DNA of 51,777 nt. Source: Candidatus Yanofskybacteria bacterium RIFCSPHIGHO2_12_FULL_45_19b (GTDB lineage: Bacteria; Patescibacteriota; Minisyncoccia; 2-02-FULL-40-12; IGHO2-12-FULL-4). Under the pieces are notes generated by a model. It saw only the letters and a list, made by a program, of their open reading frames with translations. It was not told the origin of the DNA and searched no databases. The stretch is taken from positions 1 through 51,777 of the forward strand of contig MGKD01000009.1 of assembly GCA_001794605.1 (NCBI GenBank). Direction: 5' to 3'. Position numbers and translations under genes: made by a program. Shown here piece after piece: positions 45,482 to 51,777 of this stretch. Every line of letters begins with the position of its first letter. Positions within the stretch are counted from its first letter, which is position 1.

Positions 45482-46151
45482 GAGGATCTTCCTGGGTTAT
45501 AAGGGCATAGGAGATAATCGCCTCATCATCAGCCATCAAGTATGGTAGTTGATTATGAGTAAAATTAACTATTTCAGCGGTTTTCTTTCCATCCCATTTT
45601 TTATGGATAGCTTTCATTAGGAATGCCTCATCATCAGAAATAGTATTGAGTTTTTGTTTTTTATTGCTCTCTGATTCACTAATAATAAGCATTTCTTTCC
45701 CGTCAGCGTTTTTACGATTAATTATGATTTTGCCTTCTTCTTCAAGTTCGTCAATGATTCTAAAATATGCATCCGGGACTGGGCCATATTTGATTTTTCT
45801 ATATTGCATGCCACTCATACTTTGGAGATGGCTATAAAACCAAGCAAAATCGGAAAGATATACAAGTTTGGCTAACTTAGTCTTGGTAATACTTTTGCCC
45901 ATCCTTAAAAAAGCTACAATCATCTGCTTATACTTATCATGATTAGGAGATTCGCCGCTTTCAAGCTCTTCAAAAGAAACCCCTAAAACACTAGATATTT
46001 TTTCAAATTCTCCCATGGTCAATTCCCGCCTACCTTGTTCGATGGCCATATATGACTGACGAGAAAGACCCAACTTTTCTGCCATGGAGAGTTGCGAAAA
46101 ACCACCTTTTATACGAAGGTTTTTGATAATGGAAGCATATTTAGTACCCAT
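45468..46151 (-). CDS. XRE-family HTH fused to a SocA/PanA (DUF4065, Panacea)-like antitoxin domain
   Basis: HTH GGFSQLSMAEKLGLSRQSYMAIEQGRRELT, then ITKTKLAKLVYLSDFAWFY...YRKIKYGPVPDAYFRIIDEL, the pattern typical of DUF4065. Confidence 0.65.
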   Translation of the reverse strand: MGTKYASIIKNLRIKGGFSQLSMAEKLGLSRQSYMAIEQGRRELTMGEFEKISSVLGVSFEELESGESPNHDKYKQMIVAFLRMGKSITKTKLAKLVYLSDFAWFYSHLQSMSGMQYRKIKYGPVPDAYFRIIDELEEEGKIIINRKNADGKEMLIISESESNKKQKLNTISDDEAFLMKAIHKKWDGKKTAEIVNFTHNQLPYLMADDEAIISYALITQEDPHELY

Positions 46152-46157
46152 AGTGTA

Positions 46158-46186
46158 ACTATATCAAATTGATGTATATAATACAA
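46158..46186 (-). promoter_or_regulatory. promoter of the HTH-Panacea operon, leaderless candidate
   Basis: TTGTAT, 17-nt spacer, TATAGT; 6 nt to ATG 46151. Confidence 0.5.
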
Positions 46187-46205
46187 ACATGCAGTGTTGA
46201 TAAGT

Positions 46206-46233
46206 TTGACATGCTCTACGGAAAGAGTAAAAT
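46206..46233 (+). promoter_or_regulatory. divergent promoter, leaderless candidate
   Basis: TTGACA, 16-nt spacer, TAAAAT; 6 nt to ATG 46240. Confidence 0.55.
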
Positions 46234-46239
46234 AAAAAA

Positions 46240-46374
46240 ATGAACAAACAAAGAAAAACAAGTGCTGGGGTAGCTAGGGTTGCATCTCGTGTCTTAAAAG
46301 ACAAGAGAACAAGCCGTAGAAACAAGATACCGGCCGCAAGTGCACTTTCTCAAAGAGCACCAAAGAGAAAGTAG
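46240..46374 (+). CDS. 44-aa extremely basic peptide (below ORF-track cutoff)
   Basis: MNKQRKTSAGVARVASRVLKDKRTSRRNKIPAASALSQRAPKRK. Consensus-like promoter upstream and a GAGAGC...GCTCTC-TTTG hairpin downstream. Confidence 0.4.
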   Translation: MNKQRKTSAGVARVASRVLKDKRTSRRNKIPAASALSQRAPKRK

Positions 46375-46460
46375 CCACAAGGAGAGCGGGTCAGAACCTT
46401 GCTCTCTTTGCAGGGTCGCTATTCACCAACCATTTTAGAACTAATATAATCGTCTCCATA

Positions 46461-47629
46461 TTATTTTTTCTTATGTCTTATAAATATTCTTTGGTAAGCA
46501 GACTGAATTATCCTACCTTCTTTATTTATAAAATAATTCTTTTCCCCATCATTGCCAACTAAATTTGCATTTTCATTCGTTTTTCCACCAGAAGAACCTG
46601 TCTTTTGTCCATTTTGTTTTACTTCCCAATAGCCATCATATTTTTTCGTGTCAGGCACTTCATCATGACAACCCCTCTGGGTAGCACCCAAAATTTCAAA
46701 CTGATCAGGACTGTGTTTACCAAGAAAACTAATTGGCACACCCATTACTCCGTCGCAATCGCTGGGGATATATTTAACCAACGGAACCTCTACTGCGTCA
46801 TAGTTATCATACTTTCTAAATGGCTTTTTGTGCCAAATTTAATTATCTCTGCTTCGGTCATTATTGGTAAAAGTTTGTGACGTCGTCCATGATCAATATT
46901 TGTAAACCAGATTGTTCCGGCAACAAATGCGTATTTTTTGCCACCCTCCTCCTTGTGATAATTTTCAAAATTATCAGGGACTTGATACCACACATTTCGT
47001 CCATCGTTTTTACCAGCTCCGAGCCATATTCTATTATTCTTAATTAGAGGGAAGACTTCTTTATAGGTAATCGCGTTCATATTACTGATAATCACGAACT
47101 TCTTATTAGCTTCCATGATCCACGCCAAAAAATCACGGAAAAGCGAAAACGGTGGATTGGTAATAATAATATCTGCTTCATCGCGCAACTTTTTAATCTC
47201 GTCGCTACAAAAATCCCCGTCACCCTTAAGATAACACCACTCTAGGTCATTCACATCTATCTTGCCATCACCAGACTTATCACGAGACAGAGTGAATATT
47301 TTGCCGTTTTTAGTTGTTTTGTTTTTATCATATTGCGGGTCACTTGTTTCAAACAGTGTTGGTTGGTAGTTACTTTTGTAGCTTTTGCTATCCACAGCAT
47401 AACTGGTGCTAATAAGCTTTTTTAGCCCAAGCTCAGCAAACTTTTGGGCAAAAAACTTGGTAAAATTGCTCCACTCTGGATCATCGCACGGTAACAATAG
47501 CGTTTTACCTCGAAAGACATCGGGGTTGTATTCAATATAGGCAGCGATTTCTTTCTCAATATCGTGATATTGAGTATAAAACTCGTCATTCTTTGCCTTT
47601 TTAGTGTTACTGAGATTGCTATTTGCCAT
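46461..47629 (-). pseudogene. EcoRI-methylase-like N6-adenine DNA methyltransferase split by one frameshift
   Basis: N-terminus KNDEFYTQYHDIEKEI...LLLPCDDPEWSNF...GLKKLISTSY and IIITNPPF. The downstream frame continues the family pattern (KYDNYDAVEVPLVKYIPSDCDGVMGVPISFL). The frame change lies within 46790-46838, which includes an A5 run. Confidence 0.75.
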
Positions 47630-47681
47630 AAATTTATTTCACCCCACAGTTACTAAAAGTTTCTTTACCGTGTCGCGGTTA

Positions 47682-48554
47682 TTACTTCGCGATCTTCCAA
47701 ACACTCTTTTCTAGAAAGGCTTCGATGGTTTGACGGTTGGCTTTATTGATTAGGTTAGAGTGAGAAAGCTTGTTATTCTTGGCATATTCTACCAAGGTAA
47801 TAATGGTTTTACCTTCTAAATAGGCTAGGCGTTTATGATAGCTATTGGTGAGCGCTCGGCCGACCATTTCTTCCATAACATTAGTAGCATTTTTTTCGTC
47901 AAACTCCTTGAATGCTTCGTAATATTTATTTTTATCGATAAATTTTATGTTAATGGGAACAAACCCCTCTCGAATCAGTAGGTAATTGTTAATCACTCGT
48001 CCAATCCGGCCATTCCCGTCGACAAATGGGTGAATGTATTCAAAAGTGAGATGCAGTAACGCAATGCGCTTAATAATATTTTCATGGCTCGACGCATTGT
48101 ATTCTGCTAACATTTTGCCAAGACGATCTAATACTGCTTTTGGATCAGGAGCAATATGATTTCCGACGCGAACATACTCACCGTCTTTTCTAAATCTTCC
48201 CGCCACATCGTCGCGAATATTGGCAAGCAACAGCTGATGGAGTGATAAAATGACCTCCAGCGTAAGCTCTTGCTCTTTGGCTTTTTTATCTATGTATGAG
48301 ACAACGCGCGCTAAATTCTTAGCTTCAAAAATCTCTCGCTCAGTAATAAATCTATCCAGATCAATTTGCAGTAGGATCTTTTCTGTTTCTTCGAGTGTAA
48401 GTGTGCTATTTTCAATAGCATTTGAGTTATAGACCTGTTCAGCTACTTCATTTTCAGCGATAAGTTTGATTAGAGCCTCTTTACCAGTAGACGCCTTATA
48501 GTAGCGCTCGCGCAGAGAACTGATTTTATTGAAGATATTGAGGGTCTTTGCCAT
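47682..48554 (-). CDS. fic: Fic-domain protein, class II (N-terminal inhibitory motif), with C-terminal winged-helix-like tail
   Basis: Active site HPFVDGNGRIGR; inhibitory S-x-x-x-E-N motif SNAIEN upstream of it. Confidence 0.85.
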   Translation of the reverse strand: MAKTLNIFNKISSLRERYYKASTGKEALIKLIAENEVAEQVYNSNAIENSTLTLEETEKILLQIDLDRFITEREIFEAKNLARVVSYIDKKAKEQELTLEVILSLHQLLLANIRDDVAGRFRKDGEYVRVGNHIAPDPKAVLDRLGKMLAEYNASSHENIIKRIALLHLTFEYIHPFVDGNGRIGRVINNYLLIREGFVPINIKFIDKNKYYEAFKEFDEKNATNVMEEMVGRALTNSYHKRLAYLEGKTIITLVEYAKNNKLSHSNLINKANRQTIEAFLEKSVWKIAK

Positions 48555-48563
48555 ATGTTGTTA

Positions 48564-48634
48564 ATTGTAGGCCTTTTCACGCTTTTGTCAACTAAACCGT
48601 GAAAATCGGTGTTTTTATCGGGTTTTTCACGGTT
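48564..48634 (-). promoter_or_regulatory. fic promoter with three CGTGAAAA operator half-sites
   Basis: TTGACA (48586-91), 16-nt spacer, TACAAT (48564-69); 9 nt to the ATG. One half-site sits in the spacer (48574-81). A perfect 11-bp inverted pair, AACCGTGAAAA (48595-605) and TTTTCACGGTT (48624-34), is 18 nt apart. Confidence 0.6.
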
Positions 48635-48736
48635 ATGGGTGTAATTCTCCGTCGCTGACTCCCTCGATTCCGAAAAGAATTTTAACCTTCTTCACCCCTA
48701 AACTCTACGCCGATTTAGGGAATTTGGGAAGTGATT

Positions 48737-48781
48737 CAAAAAACAAAGCAACTATTACCTCCTGTGGATAATAGTTGCTTT
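48737..48781 (-). terminator. rho-independent terminator (second of two after the 155-aa gene)
   Basis: AAAGCAACTATTAtccacaggaggTAATAGTTGCTTT then GTTTTTTG. Confidence 0.65.
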
Positions 48782-48871
48782 TCAGCCCAGAATCTGTTAA
48801 ATTGGTAATGGCGCTTGGATGGGCTTGCCCTCTCACGGTCAATGTTTATCCAAACCGTAGCCAAGTGCCAA

Positions 48872-48897
48872 CAAAAAGCACCATTTAATTGGCGCTT
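48872..48897 (-). terminator. rho-independent terminator directly after the 155-aa gene
   Basis: AGCGCCAattaaaTGGTGCT then TTTTGT. It pairs better on the minus strand (G-U) than on the plus strand (A/C mismatch). Confidence 0.55.
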
Positions 48898-48904
48898 TTT
48901 GTTT

Positions 48905-49372
48905 TTAATCTAATTCGGGATTGCCATAATTCATTTTCCAACGATTATTATTTTTATCAATCTTCCAAAATGGTATGACGCTCCAAAAGAATTTTGGGCC
49001 ATTACTGATTTGTTTAACTACTACCCGAACACGTTTTTCATTCAAAATTGCTACAAATTCATAATATGAAACCGGCAAAAGTTTTGTCTCACTACGCTGG
49101 TTAGTACGCTCTACTTCAAAGTGGTGGGTGTGGCTAATTCCCTGGATGGTTCTGGTTGTATTAATAATTTCCTGAGCGAGAGGAAAAAGTTTGATCCGGA
49201 CGGTTTGTTCTTCAATCGTACGAGCATGGTGTTTACGCATAAATTTAAGGTGCTCCAAACCCTTCGCATTAAATATCACTGGCTCTTGAAAATACGGACA
49301 CCTGATTTCCCCGATTAGTTTATATCTAGCCTCGAACTCCAACTTGAATTTATCAAATTCTTCGTTAGTCAT
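48905..49372 (-). CDS. hypothetical protein (155 aa), own promoter and terminator
   Basis: Clean ORF MTNEEFDKFKLEFEARYKLIGEIRCPYFQEPVIFNAKGLEHLKF...; no family recognised by eye. Confidence 0.55.
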   Translation of the reverse strand: MTNEEFDKFKLEFEARYKLIGEIRCPYFQEPVIFNAKGLEHLKFMRKHHARTIEEQTVRIKLFPLAQEIINTTRTIQGISHTHHFEVERTNQRSETKLLPVSYYEFVAILNEKRVRVVVKQISNGPKFFWSVIPFWKIDKNNNRWKMNYGNPELD

Positions 49373-49406
49373 CTAGAAAAACCCTTTCTTTGTTTTCTAT
49401 ATTGAA

Positions 49407-49458
49407 ATTGTAGAGTAAATACGGCATTTCTTCAATAGTTTACAATTGTAAACTATTG
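49407..49458 (-). promoter_or_regulatory. promoter plus 26-bp perfect palindrome operator
   Basis: TTGAAG (49430-35), 17-nt spacer, TACAAT (49407-12). The palindrome CAATAGTTTACAATTGTAAACTATTG (49433-58) overlaps the -35. Confidence 0.55.
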
Positions 49459-49482
49459 AGTTTAGGGATCGATTCCATAAAT

Positions 49483-50463
49483 TTATCTTAACATCTGTGT
49501 CACGAGTGCCACCACTTGATCTTTCTTCTTTGGATCACTCTCGGCAATCAAAAGTGTCAACGCGGTAAGTGCATTCGGATTAATACTTCGCATTGTCTTA
49601 ATTTTTGTCTTTCGTAAAAACCAAATGAAAGCAAAAGCACCTGAGCGTTTATTGCCATCCGTAAAGGGATGATTCTTCACCATGAAATACAAAAGGTGCG
49701 CTGCTTTTTCCTCGAGTGTTTTATACACCGGCTTACCTCTAAATGATTGCATTACGTTTCCCACTATTCCTTCGACGCTTCCAGGTTGTTTTTCTTCTGC
49801 AAAAATATTCGTTGTTTCACCCTTACTTAAGAGTTCATTACGCAGATTTGAAATAGCTTCAGTCAGCTCTACTCCGCTTAATTCTATTGATTTTTTAGTA
49901 ACGCCGATTGGCTGTAAGGACTCCCTATCATACGCACCAAGTGATACCCAAGTGCTCGAGAATTCTTTGATAAGCTCAAGAATTGTTTTTGGATCAAGTG
50001 CAACATGTTCAGGTAATAAAGTTTGAATATCACTCACCGATTTCATAAAAGCATCATAGTTTCTCACAATCTGTTTGCGGTTTATGGTGTAGCCTTTTGT
50101 AATGTGCTCTCGAAGAGTTTTAGTGGCCCACTGGCGAAATAGTGTGGCTGTTTTACTATTCACTCGATAACCAACGGAAAGAATCATGTCGAGATTATAA
50201 TGTTTAACATCACGTTCAACTTGGCGCTTACCCTCATTTTGAACTATCCGGAAATTCCGGATAGTTGAAACTTCCGTAAGTTCTTTAGTTTTTAAAATGT
50301 TCTGGATATGTTCATTTATTGTTCTTACATCAACATTAAAAGCTCCAGCAATTTGGGCCTGAGATGCCCAAATTGTTTCGCGTGAATTATCCCCTCGTAA
50401 TTCAATTGCACCAGATTCCGCCTGGTAAATAACAATATTATTTTTTATTTGTTTCTTTTTCAT
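49483..50463 (-). CDS. RhuM-family N-terminal domain fused to Doc-type Fic domain
   Basis: N-terminus IVIYQAESGAIELRGD...HYNLDMILSVGYRVNSKTATLFRQWATKTLREHITKGY (RhuM pattern). C-terminus HPFTDGNKRSGAFAFIWFL (Doc variant HxFxDGNKR). Confidence 0.8.
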   Translation of the reverse strand: MKKKQIKNNIVIYQAESGAIELRGDNSRETIWASQAQIAGAFNVDVRTINEHIQNILKTKELTEVSTIRNFRIVQNEGKRQVERDVKHYNLDMILSVGYRVNSKTATLFRQWATKTLREHITKGYTINRKQIVRNYDAFMKSVSDIQTLLPEHVALDPKTILELIKEFSSTWVSLGAYDRESLQPIGVTKKSIELSGVELTEAISNLRNELLSKGETTNIFAEEKQPGSVEGIVGNVMQSFRGKPVYKTLEEKAAHLLYFMVKNHPFTDGNKRSGAFAFIWFLRKTKIKTMRSINPNALTALTLLIAESDPKKKDQVVALVTQMLR

Positions 50464-50507
50464 ATTAAAATCCTACCACTCCTTCAGTGATGAAGGCTAG
50501 GGTGTTT

Positions 50508-51026
50508 TTATTCTCCGTAAAAAATCTTCACCAATCTCGGCAAATCGTCCTTGCATTTATCACCAGTGGCAAGTTTTTCTAATAAGGCCTGTGGAGTGAG
50601 CCAGAAGTATTCAACAAAATCATCTTGATTGTAATCCGGCACCGTATCCATTTTGATTTCATACACATTCATATTACATGAAACACCATCTTGTTGGGGA
50701 CTGAGATGGCCGAGCAAACGAATTTGAATTTTATCGGTATCGAGATTCAACTCCTCCTGGGTTTCACGTTTAAGAGTAGCTTCATAGGTTTCAGCACTTT
50801 CTACGTGGCCGCCCATACTCATGTCTAAACATAACGGAAAACCTCTTTTACTCGCTGTGCGCCGCGGTATCCAGATTTCACCCTTGGAATTTACAATAAA
50901 AGCATTGACTACGCGGAAATTGGAAAGACCCTCGGCATAGACCTCCGAGCGTTTCTTTTTGCCGATCACCTGATCGTTGGTATCGACTAAATCTAGGTAT
51001 TCGTCTTGTGGCGCCGGATGATCCAT
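50508..51026 (-). CDS. NUDIX hydrolase
   Basis: Nudix box GGHVESAETYEATLKRETQEELNL. Confidence 0.85.
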   Translation of the reverse strand: MDHPAPQDEYLDLVDTNDQVIGKKKRSEVYAEGLSNFRVVNAFIVNSKGEIWIPRRTASKRGFPLCLDMSMGGHVESAETYEATLKRETQEELNLDTDKIQIRLLGHLSPQQDGVSCNMNVYEIKMDTVPDYNQDDFVEYFWLTPQALLEKLATGDKCKDDLPRLVKIFYGE

Positions 51027-51095
51027 TAGCCTAAACTATACACCGATTTAAAGAGTTTAGGAAGCCCTGAACCACGTAGATTCAGGGTTTTAAGC

Positions 51096-51134
51096 AAACA
51101 AAAAACCGCCTCCGAGAAGTGGGCCACGAAGGCG
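51096..51134 (-). terminator. rho-independent terminator
   Basis: CGCCTTCGtggcccacttctCGGAGGCG then GTTTTTTGTTTG on the minus strand. Confidence 0.6.
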
Positions 51135-51176
51135 ACCTCTTGTTAAGACGGTTAGAAAATGGGGGACGAGATCTGG

Positions 51177-51701
51177 CTAAACCAGAAAATTCTTATTGAG
51201 TATCTTATCTGGGCCTCTTTCATACTCCTCATAGGCCAAACCGATGAGCATCTCGGCAATAATGCCGGAGAGCATCCGATCGATCCAGCACTCAAAGCCA
51301 GAACCGGCCACGACAATTTCTTGACGCTTCACCCCACCCCAATACAGCGTATCACCAGAAAAGAGCAGGTGTGGTTGGATGTCCGAACCACCACCGTTGC
51401 GACCCTGCCAAAGCTGACGCGCTTTACCCCTAGCAATCTCGTCGAAGGGGTAGGGCCAGGTTGATTTATCACCGAAACTGTCATCGTAAATCGCCTCAGG
51501 GTGGAGCGGTGAATCCCACCATCGTGGAGAGTTGCCGGCAGGACGGTTTTCCATCGCCGGAACCAAAACAATGAAATGACACTGCAACTCTTCCACACGC
51601 GAACCTGGCAGAATCCCCCAGCTTTTCTGAGCAGAGGACAAAACGTTGAGCACAACCCGTGCAACCAAGCTTCTTGTTAAGAACTTCGGAATTATCAGCA
51701 T
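51177..51701 (-). CDS. hypothetical protein (GC-rich gene, ~174 aa)
   Basis: GGAGG 9 nt before ATG 51701. GDTLYWGGVKRQEIVVAGSGFECWIDRML loosely recalls GlcG/DUF336-type proteins, but this is not assignable by eye. Confidence 0.45.
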   Translation of the reverse strand: MLIIPKFLTRSLVARVVLNVLSSAQKSWGILPGSRVEELQCHFIVLVPAMENRPAGNSPRWWDSPLHPEAIYDDSFGDKSTWPYPFDEIARGKARQLWQGRNGGGSDIQPHLLFSGDTLYWGGVKRQEIVVAGSGFECWIDRMLSGIIAEMLIGLAYEEYERGPDKILNKNFLV

Positions 51702-51777
51702 TATCAATCACCTCCTGGGAAATCCTTCATTCCGTTCTGAAGTGCATAACTTCTGCAGTAGAATTAAGCCATGAAAG

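Overview
Gene-dense bacterial chromosome segment, mostly on the minus strand. Short housekeeping proteins, many envelope genes and partial nucleotide pathways suggest a reduced-genome bacterium, possibly Patescibacteria/CPR; this is inference only. Gene order: an O-antigen ligase with three glycosyltransferases, mreB, a PEGA protein and a ~1386-aa transglutaminase-like giant. Next is the ribosomal block rpsI-rplM-rplQ-rpoA-rpsD-rpsK-rpsM-rpmJ-infA; rpmJ is absent from the ORF track. Then come alaS, four tRNAs, HU, rny, gpmI, mnmA and two lytic transglycosylases, followed by cupredoxin-pyrD-pepF-DEAD helicase, SPFH and obg. After a decayed IS30 copy come pyrB, purB, a GC-rich hypothetical cassette and sppA. 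The most system-like region is an AT-rich accessory island at about 45.2-50.5 kb. It holds an XRE-HTH/Panacea(DUF4065)-like antitoxin coupled to an unclassified 91-aa ORF, and a divergent leaderless 44-aa basic peptide. It also holds a class II Fic gene with a triple operator, followed by a frameshifted EcoRI-like adenine methylase. It ends with an orphan 155-aa gene behind a 26-bp palindrome and a RhuM-Doc fusion. The window also contains several non-coding repeat or structure families: GAAAATG-rich palindromic spacers, in-frame heptad palindromes in two GT genes, paired rod-like spacers in the ribosomal operon, GC-rich structured islands and a MITE-like element. Many operon-first genes look leaderless. 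All family assignments come from motifs read by eye; no searches were run.
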